A stretch of 64,000 bases of DNA from Bacteroidota bacterium (GTDB lineage Bacteria; Bacteroidota; Bacteroidia; 2-12-FULL-35-15), in the NCBI GenBank assembly GCA_025363555.1, contig JANYDQ010000157.1, forward strand, positions 2,247-66,246. The letters are read 5' to 3'. Positions 1 to 9,655 of this stretch are shown in pieces. Each line of letters begins with the position of its first letter. The first letter of the stretch is position 1. Position numbers and translations under genes: made by a program. The notes beneath the pieces were generated by a model. It had not been told where the DNA came from. It was given only the letters and a program-made list of their open reading frames with translations, and did no database searches.

Positions 1-2
1 TT

Positions 3-290
3 GTACCGGGTTCGGCTGATGAATTAAATCCGGAATTAGAAAAAGCCGGCAGAGTAGCTGATTTCCTTGAGTTGGGAGAATTGATGTGCATGGATGCCTT
101 GAACAGGAATGAAAGTTGTGGAGGGCATTTCCGTGAAGAATCGCAAACGGAAGATGGTGAAGCAAAACGTGATGATGATAATTATTCTTATGTAGCAGCA
201 TGGGAAAATAAAGGAAATAATAATTATGAATTACATAAAGAAGAATTGGTTTTTGATGTTGTTCATCCGAGTCAAAGAAGTTATAAATAG
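3..290 (+). CDS. sdhA: Succinate dehydrogenase/fumarate reductase flavoprotein subunit, C-terminal part (5' end outside window)
   Basis: Frame open from base 3 ([25 protein letters not shown]...); [12 protein letters not shown] motif and ...RSYK end typical of Bacteroidota SdhA; followed by sdhB. Confidence 0.93.
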   Translation, partial: VPGSADELNPELEKAGRVADFLELGELMCMDALNRNESCGGHFREESQTEDGEAKRDDDNYSYVAAWENKGNNNYELHKEELVFDVVHPSQRSYK

Positions 291-457
291 GCAATAGCGA
301 ATAGGCACTAGGCATTAGAAAAAGGAAAAAGCGAATAGCCAATAGGCAAAAGATTATAGACATTAAAAGATACTAAATGAAAAGCATAATATTACAACAT
401 GGCCCTATTTTCTATTGCCTATTGTCTATTGCCTATTCGCTATTGCCTAATACCTAA
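286..457. repeat. Heptamer tandem repeats in inverted arrangement (AATAGGC/AATAGCG ... CTATTGC/CTATTCG)
   Basis: 288-307 TAGGCAATAGCGAATAGGCA is the exact reverse complement of 430-449 TGCCTATTCGCTATTGCCTA; further degenerate 7-mers flank both arms. Confidence 0.9.
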
Positions 458-460
458 AAG

Positions 461-850
461 ATGAGTGGCAAAATAAACACATACAAAGATTTAATTGTTT
501 GGCAAAAGTCAATAGTGCTTGTTACTGATATATATTCAATAACAAGAAATTTTCCGATGGAAGAAAAATTCGGATTGGTAAATCAATTAAATCGTGCTGT
601 TGTTTCTATTCCTACTAATATTGCTGAAGGATGGGGAAGAGAGTCTTCTAAAAACTATTTACAATTTTTAAGAATATCAAGAGGTTCGTTAATGGAAGTT
701 GAAACATTGATTCTGATTTCAAAAAACCTGAATTACATTAATGATGAACAGCACAAAATAATTACAAACGGAATTGAGGAAGTTGGTAAAATTCTACAAG
801 GACTAATTAAAAGTATACAACAAAAAATTAATATAACAGAAAACGCATAG
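461..850 (+). CDS. Four helix bundle protein (TIGR02436 / 23S rRNA IVP / Avd-like family)
   Basis: YKDLIVWQKS...FP.EEKFGL..QL.RA.VSIP.NIAEG..R...YL.FL.ISRGSL.E.ET signature; 129 aa. Confidence 0.92.
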   Translation: MSGKINTYKDLIVWQKSIVLVTDIYSITRNFPMEEKFGLVNQLNRAVVSIPTNIAEGWGRESSKNYLQFLRISRGSLMEVETLILISKNLNYINDEQHKIITNGIEEVGKILQGLIKSIQQKINITENA

Positions 851-894
851 CTATTTACTACTCGCTATTGCCTATTCGCTATTAACTATTCGCT
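851..894. repeat. Heptamer tandem repeats downstream of the four-helix gene
   Basis: CTATTTA CTACTCG CTATTGC CTATTCG CTATTAA CTATTCG; same unit as 405-457. Confidence 0.88.
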
Positions 895-895
895 T

Positions 896-1648
896 ATGAA
901 CAATATGAATTTAACGCTGAAAGTCTGGCGACAAAAAAACGACAAAGCAACAGGTAAACTGGTTACTTACCCGGTAAAAGAGATTTCTCCGGATATGTCG
1001 TTCCTGGAAATGTTTGACGTTTTGAACGAACAACTAATCGTTAAAGGTGAAGAGCCGATTGCTTTTGACCACGATTGCCGTGAAGGCATTTGCGGTATGT
1101 GCAGTATGTTTATTAACGGGCAGCCGCACGGACCCAAACGAAATGTTACTACCTGCCAGTTGCACATGCGCTCGTTTAAGGATGGTGATACCATTGTAGT
1201 AGAACCTTGGAGAGCAGCTGCCTTTCCGGTGATAAAAGATTTAACTGTTGACCGTTCTGCCTTTGATAGAATTATTGCCAAAGGTGGTTTTATATCTGTA
1301 AACACAGGCAATGCACAGGATGCGAATAACATACCGATTCCGAAACCGGATGCGGATGCTTCGTTTAATGCTGCTGCCTGTATTGGTTGCGGGGCTTGTG
1401 TGGCTACCTGCAAAAATTCTTCGGCTATGTTATTTGTTGCTGCAAAAATTTCTCAATTGGCTCTTTTGCCGCAGGGGCAGGTGGAACGAATTGCCCGTGC
1501 AAAAAACATGGTGGCACAAATGGATGAAGAAGGATTTGGTAATTGTACTAATACGGGTGCCTGCGAAGTGAAATGCCCTAAGGGAATTTCATTGGAAAAT
1601 ATTGCAAGGATGAACAGGGAGTTTTATATGGCTAATATTAAGGAATAA
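896..1648 (+). CDS. sdhB: Succinate dehydrogenase/fumarate reductase iron-sulfur subunit
   Basis: [24 protein letters not shown] and [12 protein letters not shown]e-S motifs. Confidence 0.96.
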   Translation: MNNMNLTLKVWRQKNDKATGKLVTYPVKEISPDMSFLEMFDVLNEQLIVKGEEPIAFDHDCREGICGMCSMFINGQPHGPKRNVTTCQLHMRSFKDGDTIVVEPWRAAAFPVIKDLTVDRSAFDRIIAKGGFISVNTGNAQDANNIPIPKPDADASFNAAACIGCGACVATCKNSSAMLFVAAKISQLALLPQGQVERIARAKNMVAQMDEEGFGNCTNTGACEVKCPKGISLENIARMNREFYMANIKE

Positions 1649-1684
1649 TACTCAGAGATGGTGGCGAAAACACCAACTTCGGTA

Positions 1685-1726
1685 TAAACAAAAAACCAAT
1701 CTCAATTGAGATTGGTTTTTTGTTTA
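1685..1726. terminator. Bidirectional intrinsic terminator (perfect 42-bp palindrome)
   Basis: TAAACAAAAAACCAATCTCAA|TTGAGATTGGTTTTTTGTTTA between convergent sdhB and a T9SS gene; T-tracts on both strands. Confidence 0.88.
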
Positions 1727-1741
1727 AATAAAATATAGTAA

Positions 1742-4700
1742 TTACTCCACAACAATTTTTCTGTTCACTGTTCCTTTTTCTGTTTGCAACTGCACAAAAT
1801 AAATTCCTTTTGCTTCCTTACTCAAATCAATTGTAGATTGTAAATTATTAATTTGAGATTGATAAACAACTTCTCCTAAAAGATTTACCACTTTCAGGCT
1901 TTGAACTTTAGACCTTGAACTATAAACCTGGAACTTTCCTGATGAAGGATTAGGATAAATACTAATTCCATCTTCCTCTTTATAATCTGCTACTCCTACA
2001 TTATGTGCAAGTGTATTCAAAGTGGCATTGGTTCTGACAGGAGCATTGAAATCAAAATAAATATCAGCAGTGTTTTTTATTTGTGTCAAATCAGGAAGAT
2101 TTGGTTTCAAATGTATAGTATATATTATTTCACCAACACTTGTAGGAAAAGAATACGGCAGGTTGATATTATTAAACATAAATTTAACTACTCCTGTTTC
2201 ACTTACTTCGGTGGTGAAAGCATGATTAGAATATACCGGATGAAGCGTAGCCAGGTTCAAATCACTGTCTAGTGTATCAATCAGGAATATATTCTGGGCA
2301 TTGTAATTTCCCGTATTTTGAAAGTGAATGGTATAGGTAAGTACTGAATCATTTTGAGAAATAAACCCTGCTTCTCCATCTCCTTTAGGCGAAACTTCTT
2401 TCACGTTAGGGTCCCATGAACCAACCACACTGGGATAATACGCAACAAGATTGTTCCATGGTGTATAATCTGTCAACCAGTTGGTCATTGGCGCTAAATA
2501 TACAGAAGTATCGTTATATTGAAGAGAAGTGCCTATGGGAATATTAGTTGGTACATTGTATTGAACAAAAAAATTTTGAGTACTTGCAGGTGTTAATGTA
2601 GGAAATCCGTTAATAATGCTGTACCAATCGGGGGCAAGAAGAGCATTTTGTTGAGTAAACAAACCAGATGATAAAGATGTTAATTGCAATTGTCCATCAC
2701 TTTTATAACCAAGCTGCACTGCCGATTCGGCAATAGTACCTTCATTTTTCACAATAATATTTTGCTGATAAGGATAACCGGGAACAGGCGGTGTTGGTAA
2801 ATAGGTATGGTAAATACTTATATCGTGAAGTGGATTAATTACATTGGCAATGTTATTCGTAATCACACAACCTGAACTTGCTATGGCAGATATGGAGATG
2901 GAATTGTTTTGACAAGCTGCCAGCGGATAATAATTTCCAACTATTTCGGAAAGGTTGTAATTTCCTGTTGGAGCAATAAAAGAGTAATTTCCATTTGCAT
3001 CGGTATAAGTATAACCTATTCCGGCAAGGTGTATCATTATGTTTTCTATTCCTGTTTCTCCTAAATCCAATGTACAGTTTGTATTTACATCATCGTACAC
3101 TGTTCCTGAAACGGTACAGTAACAGGAGTTATTACCGGCATTGTAGCTAACATAACAATTACTTGTTTGTGCGCAGCCAGCAGCATCGTGAACTGTTACC
3201 CAATAAGCTCCCGTTAAAAGCCCGGTGGCTGTGGCAGCGGTTGCTCCATTGCTCCAGTTATATGTATAAGGAGGAGTGCCCCCAATGGCGGTTACAGCAG
3301 CTATTCCATCGTTTGCAAAAATACAGCTTGCCGGAGTGGTACTGAAATTAAGCGATATGGGTGAAGAGGAATAGACACCTGTTTGTTTGGAAATGGAACA
3401 ACCCATATTATCGGTAATGGTACAGTTATAACTTCCCGGAACAAGACCTGAAATGGAAGCAGTGGTGGCTAATGTATTCCATGCATAAGTATAGGGTGGA
3501 GTGCCTGCGGTGATATTTATTCCTGCCATTCCATTTGGCTGCTGACATAAGGCATCGGTTTTATAAATAGTTCCGGTTATCACACTTACAGGAGGCACAT
3601 AGGTATTTCCTGTTCTTGCACACCCCGCTGCATCGGTTACATTAAAATAATAAAACCCGGGAGATAAACCGGTTGCGGTTATTCCTGTTTGAGCAGGGAA
3701 AGTATTCCACGTAATGGTGTATGGCAACGTACCACCGGCAGGTGTTAATGTGGCAGTGCCTGTTGGTGCGGTACACAAACTGGAAGTGGTGGTATAGGTT
3801 ACTGTTATGGGTGTGGTAATATTTAAATACGAATAGGAAGGATAACTGATGCAACCATTGGCATCAGTAACCGTTACAGTATAATACTGACCTCCCGAAA
3901 GATTGGAAATGGTTTGAGTGGTTTGTCCGTTGTCCCATAAATAAGAATAAGGCGGAACACCGCCTCCGCCAAAAGCAATAATGCTGCCATTGGTGGACAG
4001 GCAGGTGGCAGGAGTAACAACAGGATTAGCAGTAATGTTTATACTTTGGGACACATAGGTATATTGTGTAAAATAACATCCTTGTGCATCGGTTACTGTT
4101 AAACTATATTGCCCCATCGACAAACCGGATATGGATGAAGACGTAGCACCATTGCTCCAAAGGTAAGAATAAGGTGCAATTCCACCTGTTGGTGCTGTAG
4201 CCGTGGCAGTTCCATTGGTACAATTTGCAGGAGTTGAAGAAACTGTAAAATTAATGGGTGACTGGTAACCAACATAAATATTGAGACTATCATCAATTGA
4301 ACTGTAAGCACATCCATTAGCATCGGTTATCCAAACGGAATATTGTCCTCCCGGAACATTTGCGGGATTTCCTGCAGCGATAACGTTTGTCCCATAAGGG
4401 TCTTCCCACAGAACGGTATATGGAGGAGCCCCTCCAGCAATAACTGCTGTTGCTGTGCCTAATGCAGGACATATTGCAGGTGTTGTGTTTATGCTATATG
4501 TAAATGGAGGCTGACCAGCGAAGGAGTTAGATACACTATTAGCTCCACTGGAAGCAGTTATACCAACCATGCAACCACTATAACCAAATAAGGTGTCATT
4601 AACAGTATTTGAAGTATGAGAGAAGTATTGAGACCCTGCCGAAATCATAAAACTAATTGGTGGTGTTAGTCCGGTTGTGTGTATTTCAAGTATTCCATTA

Positions 4701-4801
4701 TGATTGCAAGGGGTTTGAAGCAAATTAAATGTCACAGTCTGTGCAGTTGCCCCCCAGCTTATTAAAGCAAGGAAGGTAATAATAGTAATTGATTTTTTCA
4801 T
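1742..4801 (-). CDS. T9SS-secreted SprB-repeat protein with SdrD B-like and DUF7619/DUF11-like domains and type A CTD
   Basis: Signal peptide MKKSITIITFLALISWGATAQ (start moved to ATG 4801); repeated C..NG.A....GG..PY.Y.WSNG...GL..G.Y.VTVTDA.GC units; SWDPNVKE..YTIHFQNTG; IYPNPS...KIVVE tail. Confidence 0.85.
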   Translation of the reverse strand: MKKSITIITFLALISWGATAQTVTFNLLQTPCNHNGILEIHTTGLTPPISFMISAGSQYFSHTSNTVNDTLFGYSGCMVGITASSGANSVSNSFAGQPPFTYSINTTPAICPALGTATAVIAGGAPPYTVLWEDPYGTNVIAAGNPANVPGGQYSVWITDANGCAYSSIDDSLNIYVGYQSPINFTVSSTPANCTNGTATATAPTGGIAPYSYLWSNGATSSSISGLSMGQYSLTVTDAQGCYFTQYTYVSQSINITANPVVTPATCLSTNGSIIAFGGGGVPPYSYLWDNGQTTQTISNLSGGQYYTVTVTDANGCISYPSYSYLNITTPITVTYTTTSSLCTAPTGTATLTPAGGTLPYTITWNTFPAQTGITATGLSPGFYYFNVTDAAGCARTGNTYVPPVSVITGTIYKTDALCQQPNGMAGINITAGTPPYTYAWNTLATTASISGLVPGSYNCTITDNMGCSISKQTGVYSSSPISLNFSTTPASCIFANDGIAAVTAIGGTPPYTYNWSNGATAATATGLLTGAYWVTVHDAAGCAQTSNCYVSYNAGNNSCYCTVSGTVYDDVNTNCTLDLGETGIENIMIHLAGIGYTYTDANGNYSFIAPTGNYNLSEIVGNYYPLAACQNNSISISAIASSGCVITNNIANVINPLHDISIYHTYLPTPPVPGYPYQQNIIVKNEGTIAESAVQLGYKSDGQLQLTSLSSGLFTQQNALLAPDWYSIINGFPTLTPASTQNFFVQYNVPTNIPIGTSLQYNDTSVYLAPMTNWLTDYTPWNNLVAYYPSVVGSWDPNVKEVSPKGDGEAGFISQNDSVLTYTIHFQNTGNYNAQNIFLIDTLDSDLNLATLHPVYSNHAFTTEVSETGVVKFMFNNINLPYSFPTSVGEIIYTIHLKPNLPDLTQIKNTADIYFDFNAPVRTNATLNTLAHNVGVADYKEEDGISIYPNPSSGKFQVYSSRSKVQSLKVVNLLGEVVYQSQINNLQSTIDLSKEAKGIYFVQLQTEKGTVNRKIVVE

Positions 4802-5001
4802 GTTGATTGATTTTAGATTGCCATGTTGAATTATTTTGATTTTTAATCTCCTCAGAAAACAAAGGCTCAATTCTGCGAGGTTAAAGTTATATATATATTA
4901 CTGTAAAAATGGAAAAGGTTGCCTGGGTTTTGAAAATAAATTTTAATTCCATTGTTTATAAATCTCTTTTTTTTTCTCTTATAATTCTTATTCAGGCTGT
5001 T

Positions 5002-7755
5002 CTACCTCTGCAAAACTACTTTTTTTGTTCTTTTTATATTTTCTCCGGTTAGTTTAATAAAATACATTCCAGCACTTTTGTCAAATAAATCAATAATGGT
5101 AGAACTAGTGACTGCTGTTGTTTTGTAAACTAATTCACCGATTAAAGAATAAACCGTTATTTCCATTTTTTCATTGGTTTTGGCAATTTCAACAGTAATA
5201 ATTCCTGTTGACAGGCTTGGATAAATTTTTATTGCATTATCATTTTCAAGAGATTCTGTATTTAAAACTAAATAGTCAGGATATAAAACAAATGGAACTT
5301 CGGTGCTGTTTGCACAATTTACAGTAACAAAAGGTGCTGTGGCATTGTTCAGCCCGAATTTATCCACCCAAACAGAATAAGTATATGGCAACAGGTTGGT
5401 AATTTGAAAACTACCATCAGCGGCAGAAATGGCTTCTGCAGCAGGGCTGCCATTGTACATAAGTATTACGCGTATGCCCGAAGTGGTTTCGGTAGTACTA
5501 ACTATTTTACCGTTTAAAGTACACGAACCTATTGTATTTACCGCATTACGAAGGTGGATTTGAGTTGAATAATTTCCGTTTGCAATAATATGAAAAGGCA
5601 CAGCATTTTGTATAACCAATGTGGAATCGGGATAAGAAGAGATTTGACCCTGGTAATTTCCTGCACAAATATTTGCTTCAAAATAATAGCTGCCGCTATC
5701 GTTGGTGTAAAACGTAAAATTTCCAAGATTATCAGTAGTTACGCTGCCAACGGTAGTAACATCTGTAGCAGTGCTGTTAAGTTGGTAAACATCCACCTCA
5801 ACACAGGATACAGTTGAATTGTTCGATTTATTTACATTGCCTTCCACTATTATAGAATTGTTATTACAACCCACAATATCTGCTGAAGTAATTCCACCAT
5901 CGGCAGCTATCCATAGTTTGCAATGATTGTCCACCATAATATTTTCCACATCACTGTTATATAATGGAGAATTAAGAGCTGTGTAAACATTCCAGACACC
6001 AGCTTTCAAAGAAGCCAAACCTTCCATTGTACAAAACCAAAGTGTACCATCAGTTGTATATAAAACACTTTCGGCACGATTGCTTGGTATGGGTGAATTT
6101 CCGGTGGTATATACCAACCAGTTTCCGTTCCAGTAGCGGGCAAATCCGCTGCGGGTTGAAAACCACATTGCATTTGAATTCCCCTGGCGGTCAATGTGAA
6201 TAATGGAATCATCAGGCAATGGAGAGTTGGAATTGTTAAATGAAGTAAAGTTTCCACTGGTATCCATCATAAACACACCAATTCCATTACCTCCAAACAT
6301 GGCATCCGTTCCGCCTGTCCATATATTTCCGGTCGAATCTATATTTAAAAATCTTGGGTAATAGCTCACTCCGGGAGCAAAGAAGTTAAAAGGACCCATG
6401 TAGTTATCAATATATTGGTCTATTTCTGACATAGCCCCAAACCAGTAATTGTGATTCTGGGAAATAGCAAATTCAGTTAGTTGATTGCTGAAAAAATTAA
6501 GGGTATCGAAATAGTTAAAAGAGGTTCCGTTTACCATTTGCGCGGCTCCGCCTTGTGTACAAAAAGTAATGGTATGAGCGGTATCCTGGCGGATGCAATT
6601 TATGTAATCGTGCACATAAACAGGAGTGCTCCAGGTTCCGTTATACTTTACCATAGCGCCCGAAGTTTCGTCTGAACCAAACCACAGATTTCCCTGGTTA
6701 TCTTTTAATGTTGCATAAAAATAATTTCCGGGTAAAGTGGCGTGAATATCTGTGAATGGAGAAATAGAAAAAACAGCTGTATTCACTACATATTGGGTTA
6801 CCAATAAATTGGCATCGGTAAATGAAATTAAGAATGTAGTGGCTGATAAATTATTTTCAAGAGTCATGGTTGCTGAACTAGCCCCTGCTGGCAGACTTGA
6901 ATAATAGTCATAAAAAATGTTTCCATCGTATTTGCAAAAAATACCATCACCACCCAGCCATATATTCCCGGTGTTGTCATAAAATATTTTTGGCGTATGA
7001 TAAGACACGCTATGATTCATTGTAGCAGGAATTATGGTGTCAATCCAGTTGCCAGTTGCACTTTTAAAGGTATGAATTACGGAATCGTTGGAATTGATAA
7101 ATGTGAAATCACTGGAAGGACTTGTGCTGTAAGCAGTCATAGAAATAATGTGATGAAAGTAAGAAGTATCATATTCCGCCCATGTTCCGCCATGAAACAC
7201 ATCTACTTTATTATATTCCCCAAAAAATATATCATCGTTGGGAGTTATAACAGTAACACCGTTGAGAGGGTATGGCAAAGTTGAATTTGACGAATCGTAA
7301 GAGGTAAGAACACTGCCATCCCATTTTTTTAACGAAGGAAAATTACTTACAGAAAAAAAAGTGCTTCCACCTTTATAAGGAACAAAATAAGTTGAAGATG
7401 TACTGAACCCCTGGTAGGTAGCAAGAGGGGCAATGGTAGTACCATCGTAACTATAAGTTGTTCCTGCACCTTCCACTAGTACCGAATATCCGGGTCCCTG
7501 TCTTATCCCTCCCATTGTACCGGAGAAATGAGGGTTGAGATACCGTATATCGGCAGGCATGGGAGTGTTGGTGATAGCGAGTGAATTTTTATCCACCTGG
7601 ATAAGTTCACCGGGAACACATGCAACCACTGATGTTCCTAAGTCAAATTGATACTGAGGCATAGCATAATAATGTTCCCAGTTTACTAAACCTTGCGAGT
7701 AACCTGCTATTGCAAGTACTGAAAGAAGTCCGAAAATTGCAATTATTTTTTTCAT
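5002..7755 (-). CDS. T9SS-secreted beta-propeller protein (two-component regulator propeller-like repeats) with CTD
   Basis: Signal peptide; repeated D..GN.W.G and NSPLP.. blades; IYPS...GMYFIKL...KKVV tail. Confidence 0.8.
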   Translation of the reverse strand: MKKIIAIFGLLSVLAIAGYSQGLVNWEHYYAMPQYQFDLGTSVVACVPGELIQVDKNSLAITNTPMPADIRYLNPHFSGTMGGIRQGPGYSVLVEGAGTTYSYDGTTIAPLATYQGFSTSSTYFVPYKGGSTFFSVSNFPSLKKWDGSVLTSYDSSNSTLPYPLNGVTVITPNDDIFFGEYNKVDVFHGGTWAEYDTSYFHHIISMTAYSTSPSSDFTFINSNDSVIHTFKSATGNWIDTIIPATMNHSVSYHTPKIFYDNTGNIWLGGDGIFCKYDGNIFYDYYSSLPAGASSATMTLENNLSATTFLISFTDANLLVTQYVVNTAVFSISPFTDIHATLPGNYFYATLKDNQGNLWFGSDETSGAMVKYNGTWSTPVYVHDYINCIRQDTAHTITFCTQGGAAQMVNGTSFNYFDTLNFFSNQLTEFAISQNHNYWFGAMSEIDQYIDNYMGPFNFFAPGVSYYPRFLNIDSTGNIWTGGTDAMFGGNGIGVFMMDTSGNFTSFNNSNSPLPDDSIIHIDRQGNSNAMWFSTRSGFARYWNGNWLVYTTGNSPIPSNRAESVLYTTDGTLWFCTMEGLASLKAGVWNVYTALNSPLYNSDVENIMVDNHCKLWIAADGGITSADIVGCNNNSIIVEGNVNKSNNSTVSCVEVDVYQLNSTATDVTTVGSVTTDNLGNFTFYTNDSGSYYFEANICAGNYQGQISSYPDSTLVIQNAVPFHIIANGNYSTQIHLRNAVNTIGSCTLNGKIVSTTETTSGIRVILMYNGSPAAEAISAADGSFQITNLLPYTYSVWVDKFGLNNATAPFVTVNCANSTEVPFVLYPDYLVLNTESLENDNAIKIYPSLSTGIITVEIAKTNEKMEITVYSLIGELVYKTTAVTSSTIIDLFDKSAGMYFIKLTGENIKRTKKVVLQR

Positions 7756-7848
7756 GGTATTTTGGTTTTAATTATTTGTAAATATAAATTTAATAATTGA
7801 TAAATATTGACTATGTATTGAAAAAACATGTTGTTAATTAAATCATAT

Positions 7849-9618
7849 TTATTCTTTCACAAAACGTTTTACACTCGAATTATTTCCATCCAAAACATTG
7901 AGCAAATAAATGCCGCTTGCAAATTCTCCGATTGGAATAATAACCGAAGCATTTTTATCGGCTATTGTTTTTACCAAACTGCCCATGGCATTATATATGG
8001 TAATGGTATAGTTTTTCGAAACTGATGTATAGTTTATGGTAATGTTGTCGGATGCAGGGTTTGGGAAAATGGTGATTATTGATTGATTATTGTTGATTTC
8101 ATTAATTCCGGTTGCGCTGTTACAACCACAGAGACCAAACATCCAGTTAGGGTATGAAGGCGACCAATTGCGACCAATTAGTCCATTACTAAATTTCTGC
8201 CGAATACTATCTATCCTGTTTTTTATAATTGCTACCGATGCTAAATTACCGCCTTGCGAAGCCCTGCCATATACATAAGCAAAATCTATGGTTTGAATTT
8301 GATGAGGTTGTAATGTAAATGGTCCTGTTGAACCAATGCCCCTTATTTCCTGGGGCAATTGTCCTGATGTGGTTTCATCCCATGCTGCCTGGGGTACTAT
8401 GTTTGTTCCAAAACCTGAAGGGTCAGAACTTCCGGGAAACATGTAATTGCAAATGGTGTTGCCTGTCAGTCCGTTTCCTCCATATTTCCATGGAGTAGCA
8501 TTTTTCCAACTTCCCGATAAATATTGGTAATAATCATCTGTAGCTGTGGGATTGCCATTAACAGTACCAGTATTATTGAAACACATAAATCTTGACATTC
8601 CCAACCGTTCATCATCAGAAATTCCGTTGCCATAGTTGGTTCCATTCGGAGTTGTGGAAGCCGCATCATCAATTCCGTTTGGGTTTTTTAACGGACCTTT
8701 TAGTAAAACAACTCCTTCTGCCGGAGGATTGGCACCATAAGCAGTTGCCTGTCCTGTCCCATCAATATTATCACCATTGTATCCGAAATAAGCACCTCTG
8801 CCCACATCGCAACCCATATAATCATCGCTGTAATCTCCAATGTCCATGTCGGTCCAGTTGCCAATAAATGAAGAATCGAGTTGAAAAGAACCTTTATTTA
8901 TGATTTTATAATTGGTAAATACGGTATTGTACAAAGCACTGTCATAACTGCAACTATAGGCGTAAGCCATGCCCTGAACTTCTATCCCTATTATACTGCC
9001 TCCGGATTCAGTATGAGGTCCTCTTGCATCGTTGTAAACAAAAAATATGGCTTCATCACCTTTTATTTTTGGCACATCTCCAGCGGCAGGGTCATATTGC
9101 CCATCGCCATTATAATCATAAAAAGGAGCTAAAGGTGCTCCATACATATTAAATGCGGGCCAGTTGTTGATTGTCTCCATGGCGGCAGAGTCGTTAGCAT
9201 TTAGTAATGGATTAGGACCAATTCCACCTACTGTAATCCAATCATAATATGTTTGAATATCACATTGTTTTATTTTCCAAACTCTGTTCCATGTTGCATC
9301 GTAAGCAGCACCATAGGTACCTGTGGAATCAATTGGTCCGGGGAAAAAATCATTTCCATTCTGGCGATACGTTTGTGCTGCCATCTTTAATTGACCGCCA
9401 GAATCATAACCGCCTAACCATAATGCACTACTGTATAAAGTAGTTTTGCCGCTTCCCTTTGGCACTTGTGTTCCGCTGGTTCCATATTGGAACAAACCAC
9501 CATCGGCAGCAACGGGTGCCTTTACATTGTTAATGTCTAAATAATTTCCATTAAGGACTTGACTTTTTCCATTCATTACTATTAAAGTAAGAATGATAAT
9601 TGTAATTTGTTTTTTCAT
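7849..9618 (-). CDS. T9SS type A CTD-containing secreted protein of unknown function
   Basis: Signal peptide MKKQITIIILTLIVMNGKSQ; LDINNVKA...LWLGG...AAQTYRQ.G.DFFPGP domain; IFPNPASD...VKRFVKE tail. Confidence 0.8.
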   Translation of the reverse strand: MKKQITIIILTLIVMNGKSQVLNGNYLDINNVKAPVAADGGLFQYGTSGTQVPKGSGKTTLYSSALWLGGYDSGGQLKMAAQTYRQNGNDFFPGPIDSTGTYGAAYDATWNRVWKIKQCDIQTYYDWITVGGIGPNPLLNANDSAAMETINNWPAFNMYGAPLAPFYDYNGDGQYDPAAGDVPKIKGDEAIFFVYNDARGPHTESGGSIIGIEVQGMAYAYSCSYDSALYNTVFTNYKIINKGSFQLDSSFIGNWTDMDIGDYSDDYMGCDVGRGAYFGYNGDNIDGTGQATAYGANPPAEGVVLLKGPLKNPNGIDDAASTTPNGTNYGNGISDDERLGMSRFMCFNNTGTVNGNPTATDDYYQYLSGSWKNATPWKYGGNGLTGNTICNYMFPGSSDPSGFGTNIVPQAAWDETTSGQLPQEIRGIGSTGPFTLQPHQIQTIDFAYVYGRASQGGNLASVAIIKNRIDSIRQKFSNGLIGRNWSPSYPNWMFGLCGCNSATGINEINNNQSIITIFPNPASDNITINYTSVSKNYTITIYNAMGSLVKTIADKNASVIIPIGEFASGIYLLNVLDGNNSSVKRFVKE

Positions 9619-9655
9619 AGCATTTAGGTTTTAAAATTAATTTTAATTATTGTTA

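Noticed and set aside
461..850. Diversity-generating retroelement or 23S rRNA intervening sequence
   Set aside because: The protein is Avd-like, but no reverse transcriptase, TR/VR pair or rRNA sequence is present in the window.
4802..4870. N-terminal extension of the 1042-aa ORF (similarly 21790-21846 and 57214-57240)
   Set aside because: Downstream ATGs give canonical signal peptides or family N-termini, so the extensions are probably ORF-caller artefacts.
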